DNA of 64,000 nucleotides from the human T2T-CHM13v2.0 reference genome, Homo sapiens. The translations under genes and the position numbers were made by a program. The DNA lies in the NCBI RefSeq assembly GCF_009914755.1, contig NC_060937.1, one strand, 5' to 3'. The notes beneath the pieces are model-generated. The model worked only from the letters and a program-made list of their open reading frames with translations, was not told where the DNA came from and did no database searches. Shown piece after piece: positions 29,612 to 46,165 of the stretch; positions within the stretch are counted from its first letter, which is position 1; each line of letters begins with the position of its first letter.

Positions 29612-30051
29612 ATGAGAGATTTTGTGAAAATTGGTGAAAAGCAGGTTGATTAATTAATGCCCAACCTAAACAACCAAAAAATAAGAAAACATTTAATCCA
29701 AGGGGATATCTGAAAATTAAGAGAATCCAGTGAATAATGAACAAAGATTAGTATTATATTTTTCTGTTAACTCTTATTTGGGTAAGCAACTATTTCAGAA
29801 GGGATTGGTTCCTTTGCTTTATCTCATTAAATGGGATGCTATTGCCTGCAGACCGCATCTTCCCACAGTGAATAAAATACTTGTTTACATTCATGTAGCA
29901 AAGGTCCTCTTAGCCCCTTCCCCACCCTCTGCCCAATGCCTAAGCTGCTGTGTGTGAAGTTTGAGGTAAGCCTGTTGAAGAGTCTTGGGGGCAATGGGGT
30001 ACAAGTGCCACATGTTAATGAGGACACTCCTGGTTTACTCTGCACAAAGGG

Positions 30052-30468
30052 TGCATGAGTCAAAATTCTCCACAGAAACAGCCAACAAGATGTGTGTACA
30101 TTCAGAGACAGAGACAGAGACAGAGATTTATTTTAGGGAGTTAGGTCATGTGATTGCGCAGGCCTGGTAAATCCAAAATATTCAGGATAGGCCAGCTGAC
30201 TGGAAACTCAGGTAAGAGCTGCAGTTACAGTCTGAAGGCCATCTGCTGGCAGAATCCTATCTCCCTGAAGGATGTCCACCTTTGATCTATTAAGGCCTTC
30301 AACTATGAGGCCCACTCACATTATGGAGGGCACTCTGCTTTACTCAAAGTCTACTGACTTAAATGTTCATCTCATCCCAAACACCTTCTCAGGAATATTC
30401 AGAAGAACGTTTGAGTATCTGGGCATCGTGGCCCAGCCATATTTACACATAAAAGTAACAACCATCAC
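30052..30468 (-). mobile_element. MLT2 (ERVL) LTR
   Basis: ttctccacagaaacag..gagatttattttagggagtt..catgtgattg...gaggcccactcacattatggaggg...accatcaca. Confidence 0.8.
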
Positions 30469-32252
30469 AAAGGGGAAGTGGCAGAATACCAGGCAAGGCA
30501 TAGAATGGAACTGGAAAGTAGAAATTCATCAACAGTATCATGCCAGCCTGAGAAGCAGGGCAAGTGGTTCTTCAGACTTCTGGAGTCTGGAAATATTTAT
30601 AGTTACACTGGAAGAAGGAAAGAAACTGTGAGAGGGAGACAGATGGGGAAGGAAGAACCTCCTAATGGCCGTAGTAGGAACATTTCCCAACATGACGATG
30701 GGTTCCCATGGTGGGAAGAGTGACCATGTGGGTATATGTGGAGAAATGACAAAAGCCTGAGAGGCAGGAGTGGCAGTGGTAGGGGAGGTGTCCTCTTCCT
30801 GCCTGTGGCACACAGTGGTGTGCATCTCTTACAGCTCCTCCCTGTGGTCTGTTGCAGTCTGCATGTGAAATAGAAGCATGCAGGCTGACTGTGGCCTTTC
30901 TGGGCTGTGCGGCATTGGGCCAGGAAAACCTTTGCAATGATTCTCTGAGGCCATGTAACAACATAAACAATGTCAGATAACCTAGGAACGCTCTATTCTC
31001 AGGCCCAGATGGACACTTTCAGGGAGGCCAACAATTTAGTACTCTCTCAAACCAATATTTGAATGAGACAATTGTCCAATCTTTTTTGTTATTGTTGTTG
31101 GCATGGGAAGGAACTGAATTTCCATGAAAAATTAGATAGGCTGGTTTATTATGTTTGCTATCTTCTTCTCAAAAACAACCATTTGCATAAGGCCAATAGT
31201 AAACAATTTGGTGTTAGTTGAGGATTTTTGATAGGGGAATAGATGAGGGATTAAAAAAAGGTGATTTCACATGCATACCTAGAAGACAGTTTCTTATTAA
31301 ATCTTATGAATAAATGTGTTTCTTCCCTTATGTCTCTCTCGGGAATCTTGGTTGCGTCTCTTTTTTTCTCTCTGGTGCTTGGTCTTTTTGCCTCCTGCCT
31401 GCTCTTTCCTGAATATTCACCTCCCTTCCTCCATGTCTGTCTTTCTGCCTTTCTGACAAAGAGCAGTTTCACACCCGTCCAGCTCTATCTCCGTCCGAGT
31501 TACAACTGGGGGAATTGGTTTAGTGAATGGGCTGGACTCTAGTGTATAATCCAGAAACAACTTTTTCTTTCCTCACCACTATCTTCAAATGTTGTGGAAT
31601 CTCCCTTCCCTTCCCCTTTGGTGACACCACAGATTCCCAACAAAGAAGTAAGAAGACTATATTCCAACAGAATGGTGCAAATCTGTCACAATTGAAAAAT
31701 TACACTGTGAACAGAGAAGCTGTGGGGAGTAATCTGCTAAAAGCCACTCAAAAGTGAGAGAGAAGCGAGGTATGCAAAAGACAAAATTCCTTTTGCAAAC
31801 TGTGCTGATCTGTAACTCACCAGATGACATACCTGCAAAATTAGGCACTAGCTGCACAGCTCCAGTTTCCACAGCTAGAATTCCAGAGGCATGGGCTTCA
31901 TTGTTAATGAGGTTGACCTTTACCCAATAAATGAAGGTATTGATCTATGAATGATTTTTGATTTGGGAAAAATAGCTTTAATCATTCATTTGCTTAGATG
32001 TATGTTCCCTTCTCTTTATGTAACATCTTACTTCCCCATATCCATAGGTTTCAGGCCTCTTTCTTGGGATTAATGAATAAAGAGCTTGGTGGTGAACACT
32101 GATGCCTGCAGCTCTCTGAGCACAGCCCCCTCTCTCTCACTGATGTAGATTTGGAAAGCAGACCAGGCCCTAATCATGACTGCAAGCTGACTGCCTGCAT
32201 CAGTGGTTCAGGGTGAGAAGTTACAAGAGCCAGCTTTAAAAAGTAGCTAGTT

Positions 32253-32527
32253 GGCTGAGTGCAGAGGCTCCTGCCTATAATCTCAACACTTTGGGATGCT
32301 GAGGCAGGAGGATCGCTTGAGACCAGCCTGGGCAACATAGTGAGACCCCATCTCCACAAAAGCTTTAAAAAATTAACTGGGTGTGGCAGTACGCACCTTG
32401 GTCTCAGCTACTTGGGCGGCTAAGGCAGGAGGATTGTTTGAGCCCAGGAGTTCAAGGCTGCAGTGAGCTGTGATCGCACCACCGCACTCTAGCCTAGGCG
32501 GCAGAGCAGGACGCTGTCTCAAAGAAA
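32253..32527 (+). mobile_element. AluJ
   Basis: ggaggatcgcttgag, agcccaggagttcaaggctgcagtgagc (J diagnostics); short deletion in the left arm. Confidence 0.9.
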
Positions 32528-33289
32528 CAGTGTCTCATTACATTCCCGCTGTTCCCACTTTTGTTTTGTTTGATTGCTCCTATACTCTCATGACCCACAT
32601 CAAAGAGAAAAGGCCTTTGCTGGCTCCTGTTTCATGATGCAGAGAGGTCTGGGCTGGGGCACAAATGGATTTTTGTGTAATAATAATACAAGATTCTGAA
32701 GATTTAATGAAATAATCTTATTAACTGTAAAGTATTATGTAAATGTCACTCGACTTAATTTTAATTTTCTGAGCTGCTGGCTTACAAGACTTAGGACTAT
32801 TAATGTAATTGAGTACTTATAATTAGGTAATTGAGGGCATTTAATGACAACTTTAGGTCACTGCTTAGAACTTATCAAAATGTATACTTTAGAAAAAGTG
32901 ATGATTTTACATCTATGTGTCTGTGTCTTTCCTAAGTATGAGTTGCTTATATGCATGCGTTTATTTGTAGGCATACTGTAATTTCACTCCTGCCATTTGT
33001 GAAAACAAAGAGATTTGAAAAGCTTTGCAAAGAAGAAGTTGTAATTGTGAAGTTTTTAAAAGATTGACTGCAAAATGGAAATATATTTTATTTTCCTTTG
33101 ATTAGGAAAATTTTTAAAAGCTCATAAAAATCTCTAGTAATTGAAGAAGTAAAAAGAAAATGTTAATAATTACCTATAATTCTCTGGCCATTAGTTCTTT
33201 TAACATATAAATATATGGAATACTCTACATAATTAAATCACGGACATATTTCTATTTCAATAAACATAAACCTTATACATCATTTTTTA

Positions 33290-33394
33290 TAATTCAGTTT
33301 GAAATAATTTCAAATTTAAAGAACACCATATCCCTTTCACGCAGATTTCCCTATATTAATATTTTACCACATTTACTTCTTCATCCTCTCCATT

Positions 33395-33429
<35 letters not shown>

Positions 33430-33660
33430 ACAATCTCCATCACCATTAGTATTTTTCTGAATCATTTTTGACAAAAAGGTACAAACATAGTGCCCCATCA
33501 TCTTTACATCCTCCTTTGTGTACTTCCCCCCCACCCCCACACAAGGACACTTCCTACATTTCTACCAGTCAACCTTCCCAATTGAGAAATTAACATTGAT
33601 CTTACACTACCCTCCAATCTACAGACCCCATATAAGTTTCCTCAGCAGTCTCTGTAATGT
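33290..33660 (-). mobile_element. Old L1MC-like 3'UTR fragment hosting the young L1 (continues ~43148-43260)
   Basis: aaggacacttcctacat.., ctccaatctacagacccca..taatgtc on the left joins ..ccagaatcaggtactgcatctagttgtcat on the right. Contains (CT)n(GT)n at 33395-33429. Confidence 0.55.
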
Positions 33661-33675
33661 CTCTTTTCCCTTTCT
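33661..33675. repeat. Target-site duplication, left copy (ctcttttccctttct)
   Basis: Identical 15-mer at 43133-43147, abutting the L1 5' end. The empty site reads TTTCT/GA, a degenerate L1 endonuclease site. Confidence 0.95.
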
Positions 33676-33695
33676 TTCTTTTTTTTTTTTTTTTT

Positions 33696-33713
33696 ACTGG
33701 TCAAGTCTTATTC
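33696..33713 (-). other. 18-nt L1 3' transduction between two poly(A) tracts
   Basis: The - strand reads L1 end-A17-GAATAAGACTTGACCAGT-A-rich tail-TSD. Confidence 0.85.
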
Positions 33714-33933
33714 TTTTTTTTTTTTTTTTTAATACTTTAAGTTTTAGGGTACATGTGCACATTGTGCAGGTTAGTTACATATGTATACATGTGCCATGCT
33801 GGTGTGCTGCACCCACTAACACGTCATCTAGCATTAGGTATATCTCCCAATGCTATCCCTCCCCCCTCCCCCCACCCCACCACAGTCCCCAGAGTGTGAT
33901 ATTCCCCTTCCTGTGTCCATGTGATCTCATTGT

Positions 33934-35620
<1,687 letters not shown>

Positions 35621-38600
35621 GACATATGGGGAGCACATCTGGTTCGAGACCAACGTGTCCGGGGACTTCTGCTACGTTGGGGAGCAGTACTGTGTAGCCA
35701 GGATGCTGCAGAAGTCAGTGTCTCGAAGAAAGTGCGCAGCCTGCAAGATTGTGGTGCACACGCCCTGCATCGAGCAGCTGGAGAAGATAAATTTCCGCTG
35801 TAAGCCATCCTTCCGTGAATCAGGCTCCAGGAATGTCCTCGAGCCAACCTTTGTATGGCACCACTGGGTACACAGACGACGCCAGGACGGCAAGTGTCGG
35901 CACTGTGGGAAGGGATTCCAGCAGAAGTTCACCTTCCACAGCAAGGAGATTGTGGCCATCAGCTGCTCGTGGTGCAAGCAGGCATACCACAGCAAGGTGT
36001 CCTGCTTCGTGCTGCAGCAGATCGAGGAGCCGTGCTCGCTGGGGGTCCACGCAGCCGTGGTCATCCCGCCCACCTGGATCCTCCGCGCCCGGAGGCCCCA
36101 GAATACTCTGAAAGCAAGCAAGAAGAAGAAGAGGGCATCCTTCAAGAGGAAGTCCAGCAAGAAAGGGCCTGAGGAGGGCCGCTGGAGACCCTTCATCATC
36201 AGGCCCACCCCCTCCCCCCTCATGAAGCCCCTGCTGGTGTTTGTGAACCCCAAGAGTGGGGGCAACCAGGGTGCAAAGATCATCCAGTCTTTCCTCTGGT
36301 ATCTCAATCCCCGACAAGTCTTCGACCTGAGCCAGGGAGGGCCCAAGGAGGCGCTGGAGATGTACCGCAAAGTGCACAACCTGCGGATCCTGGCGTGCGG
36401 GGGCGACGGCACGGTGGGCTGGATCCTCTCCACCCTGGACCAGCTACGCCTGAAGCCGCCACCCCCTGTTGCCATCCTGCCCCTGGGTACTGGCAACGAC
36501 TTGGCCCGAACCCTCAACTGGGGTGGGGGCTACACAGATGAGCCTGTGTCCAAGATCCTCTCCCACGTGGAGGAGGGGAACGTGGTACAGCTGGACCGCT
36601 GGGACCTCCACGCTGAGCCCAACCCCGAGGCAGGGCCTGAGGACCGAGATGAAGGCGCCACCGACCGGTTGCCCCTGGATGTCTTCAACAACTACTTCAG
36701 CCTGGGCTTTGACGCCCACGTCACCCTGGAGTTCCACGAGTCTCGAGAGGCCAACCCAGAGAAATTCAACAGCCGCTTTCGGAATAAGATGTTCTACGCC
36801 GGGACAGCTTTCTCTGACTTCCTGATGGGCAGCTCCAAGGACCTGGCCAAGCACATCCGAGTGGTGTGTGATGGAATGGACTTGACTCCCAAGATCCAGG
36901 ACCTGAAACCCCAGTGTGTTGTTTTCCTGAACATCCCCAGGTACTGTGCGGGCACCATGCCCTGCGGCCACCCTGGGGAGCACCACGACTTTGAGCCCCA
37001 GCGGCATGACGACGGCTACCTCGAGGTCATTGGCTTCACCATGACGTCATTGGCCGCGCTGCAGGTGGGCGGACACGGCGAGCGGCTGACGCAGTGTCGC
37101 GAGGTGGTGCTCACCACATCCAAGGCCATCCCGGTGCAGGTGGATGGCGAGCCCTGCAAGCTTGCAGCCTCACGCATCCGCATTGCCCTGCGCAACCAGG
37201 CCACCATGGTGCAGAAGGCCAAGCGGCGGAGCGCCGCCCCCCTGCACAGCGACCAGCAGCCGGTGCCAGAGCAGTTGCGCATCCAGGTGAGACGCGTCAG
37301 CATGCACGACTATGAGGCCCTGCACTACGACAAGGAGCAGCTCAAGGAGGCCTCCGTGCCGCTGGGCACTGTGGTGGTCCCAGGAGACAGTGACCTAGAG
37401 CTCTGCCGTGCCCACATTGAGAGACTCCAGCAGGAGCCCGATGGTGCTGGAGCCAAGTCCCCGACATGCCAGAAACTGTCCCCCAAGTGGTGCTTCCTGG
37501 ACGCCACCACTGCCAGCCGCTTCTACAGGATCAACCGAGCCCAGGAGCACCTCAACTATGTGACTGAGATCGCACAGGATGAGATTTATATCCTGGACCC
37601 TGAGCTGCTGGGGGCATCGGCCCGGCCTGACCTCCCAACCCCCACTTCCCCTCTCCCCACCTCACCCTGCTCACCCACGCCCCGGTCACTGCAAGGGGAT
37701 GCTGCACCCCCTCAAGGTGAAGAGCTGATTGAGGCTGCCAAGAGGAACGACTTCTGTAAGCTCCAGGAGCTGCACCGAGCTGGGGGCGACATCATGCACC
37801 GAGACAAGCAGAGTCGCACGCTCCTGCACCACGCAGTCAGCACTGGCAGCAAGGATGTGGTCCGCTACCTGCTGGACCACGCTCCCCCAGAGATCCTTGA
37901 TGCGGTGGAGGAAAACAGGGAGACCTGTTTGCACCAAGCAGCGGCCCTGGGCCAGCGCACCATCTGCCACTACATCGTGGAGGCCGGGGCCAGACCAGCA
38001 GGGCGACACTCCCCGGCAGCAGGCTGAGAAGGCTCAGGACACCGAGCTGGCGGCCTACCTGGAGAACCGGCAGCACTACCAGATGATCCAGCGGGAGGAC
38101 CAGGAGACGGCTGTGTAGCGGGCCGCCCACGGGCAGCAGGAGGGACAATGCGGCCAGGGGATGAGCGCCTTCCTTGCCCACCTCACTGCCACATTCCAGT
38201 GGGACGGCCACGGGGGGACCTAGGCCCCAGGGAAAGAGCCCCATGCCGCCCCCTAAGGAGCCGCACAGACCTAGGGCTGGACTCAGGAGCTGGGGGGCCT
38301 CACCTGTTCCCCTGAGGACCCCGCCGGACCCGGAGGCTCACAGGGAACAAGACACGGCTGGGTTGGATATGCCTTTGCCGGGGTTCTGGGGCAGGGCGCT
38401 CCCTGGCCGCAGCAGATGCCCTCCCAGGAGTGGAGGGGCTGGAGAGGGGAAGGCCTTCGGGAAGAGGCTTCCTGGGCCCCCTGGTCTTCGGCCGGGTCCC
38501 CAGCCCCCGCTCCTGCCCCACCCCACCTCCCCCGGGCTTCCTCCCGGAAACTCAGTGCCTGCTGCACTTGCCTGCCCTGCCTTGCTTGGCACCCGCTCCG

Positions 38601-38621
38601 GCGACCCTCCCCGCTCCTCTG

Positions 38622-41174
<2,553 letters not shown>

Positions 41175-41210
41175 TTAGTTGATGCAGTTTCTTCCTAGTC
41201 TCGATGGTCT

Positions 41211-42227
41211 TTACATTTTGGCATGATTTTGCAGCGGCTGGTACTGGTTGTTCCTTTCCATGTTTAGCGCTTCCTTCAGGAGCTCTTTTAGGGCAGGCCT
41301 GGTGGTGACAAAATCTCTCAGCATTTGCTTGTCTACAAAGTATTTTATTTCTCCTTCACTTATGAAGCTTAGTTTGGCTGGATATGAAATTCTGGGTTGA
41401 AAATTCTTTTATTTAAGAATGTTGAATATTGGCCCCCACTCTCTTCTGGCTTGTAGGGTTTCTGCCGAGAGATCCGCTGTTAGTCTGATGGGCTTCCCTT
41501 TGAGGGTAACCCGACCTTTCTCTCTGGCTGCCCTTAACATTTTTTCCTTCATTTCAACTTTGGTGAATCTGACAATTATGTGTCTTGGAGTTGCTCTTCT
41601 CGAGGAGTATCTTTGTGGCATTCTCTGTATTTCCTGAATCTGAACGTTGGCCTGCCTTGCTAGATTGGGGAAGTTCTCCTGGATAATATCCTGCAGAGTG
41701 TTTTCCAACTTGGTTCCATTCTCCACATCACTTTCAGGTACACCAATCAGACGTAGATTTGGTCTTTTCACATAGTCCCATATTTCTTGGAGGCTTTGCT
41801 CATTTCTTTTTATTCTTTTTTCTCTAAACTTCCCTTCTCGCTTCATTTCATTCATTTCATCTTCCATTGCTGATACCCTTTCTTCCAGTTGATCGCATCA
41901 GCTCCTGAGGCTTCTGCATTCTTCACATAGTTCTCGAGCCTTGGTTTTCAGCTCCATCAGCTCCTTTAAGCACTTCTCTGTATTGGTTATTCTAGTTATA
42001 CATTCTTCTAAATTTTTTTCAAAGTTTTCAACTTCTTTGCCTTTGGTTTGAATGTCCTCCCGTAGCTCAGAGTAATTTGATCGTCTGAAGCCTTCTTCTC
42101 TCAGCTCATCAAAATCATTCTCCATCCAGCTTTGTTCCGTTGCTGGTGAGGAACTGCATTCCTTTGGAGGAGGAGAGGCACTCTGCGTTTTAGAGTTTCC
42201 AGTTTTTCTGTTCTGTTTTTTCCCCAT
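41211..42227 (-). pseudogene. L1 ORF1 (338 codons) with two premature stops
   Basis: MGKKQNRKTGNSKTQ...KHAKM* frame; TGA at 41898-41900 (CGA>TGA) and TAA at 41409-41411 (GAA>TAA). Confidence 0.95.
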
Positions 42228-43133
42228 CTTTGTGGTTTTATCTACTTTTGGTCTTTGATGATAGTGATGTACAGATGGGTTTTCGGTGTGGATGTCCTTT
42301 CTGGTTGTTAGTTTTCCTTCTAACAGACAGGACCCTCAGCTGCAGGTCTGTTGGAATACCCTGCCGTGTGAGGTGTCAGTGTGCCCCTGCTGGGGGGTGC
42401 CTCCCAGTTAGGCTGCTCGGGGGTCAGGGGTCAGGGACCCACTTGAGGAGGCAGTCTGCCAGTTCTCAGATCTCCAGCTGCGTGCTGGGAGAACCACTGC
42501 TCCCTTCAAAGCTGTCAGACAGGGACATTTAAGTCTGCAGAGGTTACTGCTGTCTTTTTGTTTGTCTGTGCCCTGCCCCCAGAGGTGGAGCCTACAGAGG
42601 CAGGCAGGCCTCCTTGAGCTGTGGTGGGCTCCACCCAGTTCGAGCTTCCCGGCTGCTTTGTTTACCTAAGCAAGCCTGGGCAATGGCGGGCCCCCCTCCC
42701 CCAGCCTCGCTGCCGCCTTGCAGTTTGATCTCAGACTGCTGTGCTAGCAATCAGCGAGATTCCGTGGGCGTTAGGACCCTCCGAGCCAGGTGTGGGATAT
42801 AGTCTCGTGGTGCGCCGTTTTTTAAGCCGGTCTGAAAAGCGCAATATTCGGGTGGGAGTGACCCGATTTTCCAGGTGCGTCCGTCACCCCTTTCTTTGAC
42901 TCGGAAAGGGAACTCCCTGACCCCTTGCGCTTCCCAGGTGAGGCAATGCCTCGCCCTGCTTTGGCTCGCACACGGTGCGCGCACACACTGGCCTGCGCCC
43001 ACTGTCTGGCACTCCCTAGTAAGATGAACCCGGTACCTCAGATGGAAATGCAGAAATCACCCATCTTCTGCGTCGCTCACGCTGGGAGCTGTAGACCAGA
43101 GCTGTTCCTATTCGGCCATCTTGGCTCCTCCCC
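42228..43133 (-). promoter_or_regulatory. L1 5'UTR internal sense promoter and antisense promoter; ORF0 (ATG 42683, + strand) frameshifted
   Basis: YY1 site CAAGATGGCCG intact (43113-43123), CpG-rich. ORF0 MAGPPPPASLPPCSLISDCCASNQRDSVGV is shifted by an extra T near 42771 and stops at 42802. Confidence 0.85.
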
Positions 43134-43147
43134 TCTTTTCCCTTTCT
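43133..43147. repeat. Target-site duplication, right copy
   Basis: ctcttttccctttct, identical to 33661-33675. Confidence 0.95.
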
Positions 43148-43474
43148 GAACCCAGGCCACACTCCAGAATCAGGTACTGCATCTAGTTGTCATCCCTTCA
43201 GTTACTTTCTATCCAAAAGAGCTCCTCATTCTTTCCCCATCTTCCATGGCCTTGATGTGTTAACTTCTGTACTTTGTCTTTAATTCTGTATAATTTCCCT
43301 CTAGGCCTGGGTCTGTCCAGACCCCCATGCCCAGACCCAGGCCATGCATCCTCGGCCGCAATGCTGAAGACACGATGCTCTGCTCTTCTCAGGGCATCAC
43401 ATCAGTGGACAGCATGATTCAGAGTCGTCCTACGTCACCATCCTACAATCATGATGCAAAGCTCGATCACCTCA

Positions 43475-43967
43475 TGTAGTGGACGATCTGGCTTCCAAAG
43501 ATGTCCTAGACTTAAACCTAGAAATCTGCAAATATATTACCTTAAATTGCTAAAAGGGCTTTGCAGATGTATCTAAGACCTTGAGAGGAGGAAATGATCC
43601 TGGATTTTCCAGGTGGGTATAATCTGGAATCTTTATAATTTGCATAAAGAGCAAAACCTTTATTAAAACTACAGAGAACTAGAGAGGCAGCAGGATGAGA
43701 AGGACTCAGCCCACCAATGCTGGCTTTGAAGATAGAGGAAGGGGGCCATGAGCTGGGGAACAACGGCAGCCTCTAGAAGCTGGAAAAGGCAGAGAAATGG
43801 ATTCTCCCCCTCCAGTCTCCTGAAAAAAACAGTCCTGCCAACACCTTGATATTAGCCCGAAAAGACCTGTGTTGGATGTCCAACCTTCAGAACTGTGAAG
43901 ATAAGTATTGTTAAAGCTGCCAAGCATGTGGCATAATTTGTTATGGCAGCAATTTAAAATTAATACA
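43475..43967 (+). mobile_element. MLT1C/D-like MaLR LTR
   Basis: ccaaagatgtcc.., ggctttgcagatgt.., gcagcctctagaagctggaaaaggca..gattctcccc, ends aattaataca. Confidence 0.85.
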
Positions 43968-44529
43968 CGTGGTCAAATGGTCAAAATGACTGGAAGTCAC
44001 TGAAATGGACTGGGTTTATCTGTCCATAAAAGGTTATTAGTAGAACATCATGCTTCTCATGTGTCTGATCATAGGCTTGAGAACAAGGGCTTGGCAATTG
44101 TCAGAAACCAAGAGAGCTCTAAAATGCCAAGAAATTGGAACTAGAAAATATAGTACAGTAACAGTTTCATTCTTGGACTTTACCCCACCAAACCTATACA
44201 CAATGGGGAATGGCAACTTTTCAAAAAGTTAGGGAGGAGGAGAATAAGCTAGAACAGCAAAACAACAAACAACCCCAAATAAATTGAAGGCAAACCAAAC
44301 CAAAAACAGATACACACCTCACCAAAGGAGTTTAGATTTTATCCTGAAGACCTCAGAGAGATTCTGGAGAGCCTTAAGCATTTGTAACTTCACTTTGTAA
44401 AAGTGAAGTTTTCCATCCAGCTTCTCCCAAAATCTGCACACTAGCTTTCCATTTTAAAATATAGCTTCTGATTGTCTCTTGGATCCTAATTCCACACTCA
44501 AACTCCAGACCAGTAGCAACCCTGATTCC

Positions 44530-45775
44530 TTTTGTATCCTTTCCTTCCTTTTTTTCCCTCCTTCCTCCTTCTCTCCCATTTCTCTTTCTCTTTTTCCCTC
44601 CCTCCCTCCCTTCCTTCCTTCCTCACTCCCTCCCTCTCTCTCTCTCTTCCGTCCTTTCTTTCTCTCTTTCTTTCTCTTTTCTTCCTTCCTTCTTTCTTCC
44701 TTCCTTCCTCCCTCCCTTCCTCCCTCTCTCTCTTTCTCTCCCTTCCCTTCCCTCCCTCCCTCCCTTCCTTCCTACCTCCCTCCCCCTCCCTTCCCTCTCT
44801 CTCGCTCTCTTTCTTTCTTTCCTTCTCTTTCTTTCTCTTCTTCCCTTCCTTCCTTCCTCCCTCCATCCCTCCCTCCCTCTCTCTCTTTCCCTCCCTCCTT
44901 TTCTTCCTCTCTCTCTTTCCCTCCCTCCCTCCCTTCCTCCCTCCCTTCCTCCCTCCCTTCCTCCCTCCTCCTCCCTTCCCTCCTTCCTTCCTTCCTCCCT
45001 CCATCCCTCCCTCCCTCTCTCTCTTTCCCTCCCTCCTTTCCTTCCTCTCTCTCTTTCCCTCCCTCCCTCCCTCCCTCCCTCCCTCCCTCCTCCTCCCTTC
45101 CCTCCTTCCTTCCTTCCTCCCTCCATCCCTCCCTCCCTCTCTCTCTTTCCCTCCCTCCTTTCCTTCCTCTCTCTCTTTCCCTCCCTCCCTCCCTCCCTCC
45201 CTCCTCCTCCCTTCCCTCCTTCCTTCCTTCCTCCCTCCATCCCTCCCTCCCTCTCTTTCCCTCCCTCCCTTCCTTCCTTCCTCCCTCCCTCCTCCTCCCT
45301 TCCCTCCTTCCTTCCTTCCTCCCTCCATCCCTCCCTCCCTCTCTTTCCCTCCCTCCCTTCCTTCCTTCCTCCCTCCCTCCTCCTCCCTTCCCTCCTTCCT
45401 TCCTTCCTCCCTCCATCCCTCCCTCCCTCTCTCTCTTTCCCTTCCTCCCTCCCTCCTCCTCCCTCCCTCCCTCCCTCCCTCCCTCCTCCTCCCTTCCCTC
45501 CTTCCTTCCTTCATCCCTTTCTCCCTCCCTCCCCCTCTCTCTTTCCTTTCTTTCTCTCCTTCCTTCCTTCCTCCCTCTCTCCCCTCTCCCCTCCCTTCCC
45601 TCCCTCCCCCTCCCCCCTCCCTCCCTCTTTTCTTCCTTCCTTTCTTCCTTCCTCCCTCCGTCCCTACCTCTCCCTCCCTCCCTCTCTTTCTTTCTCTCCC
45701 TCTCCTTGTCTCTTTCTCCCTCCCTCTCCCTCTCTTTCCTCCGTCCTTCCCTTCCCTTCCTTTTTTTTTCTCTTC
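44530..45775. repeat. ~1.25-kb polypyrimidine (CCCT/CCTT/CT) tract with higher-order units
   Basis: Almost purine-free on the + strand; recurring unit ccttccttcctccctccatccctccctccctctctct. Confidence 0.97.
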
Positions 45776-45839
45776 TCAGTCATTATGAAAAATAGTGCAT
45801 GTTCCTAGAAAGTTCTCCAAACATGTGTTTCTGATTTTC

Positions 45840-46165
45840 CTGACATGTCTTTGTGCTTACTGCCCTCTCTGCCTGAGTTGTCCCCACTCCACCACCACCA
45901 TGCCCATGCCTGGCAAACTACCACTTATCCTTCACCACCAAGGTTCATTCTCTGACCTTTCTCTAAGTCCCTAGGGTGGATCACTTTCTTCTCTGAGACA
46001 GCACTGTATCTTTCCTATTCCTCAACTGTAACACTGTGTTGACATTATTTCTCCCTCTCCTTTTCCATTTTCTTCTATCAGACCCTAAGCTCCCTTTCAA
46101 AATGTATGCTGGGTGGCTTAGCATTGTGTCCAGCACATAATAGATATTGATTGAGTGAAAGAAAG
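45840..46165 (+). mobile_element. L2 3' end
   Basis: ccctctctgcctgag..cctggcaaactacc...agaccctaagctcc..cagcacataatagatattgattgagtgaa. Confidence 0.6.

Noticed and set aside
44479-45795. Long ORFs of 205-438 aa rich in P/S/L/F or E/G/R/K
   Set aside because: Stop-free only because the tract lacks A (or T on the other strand); these are low-complexity translations of a simple repeat.
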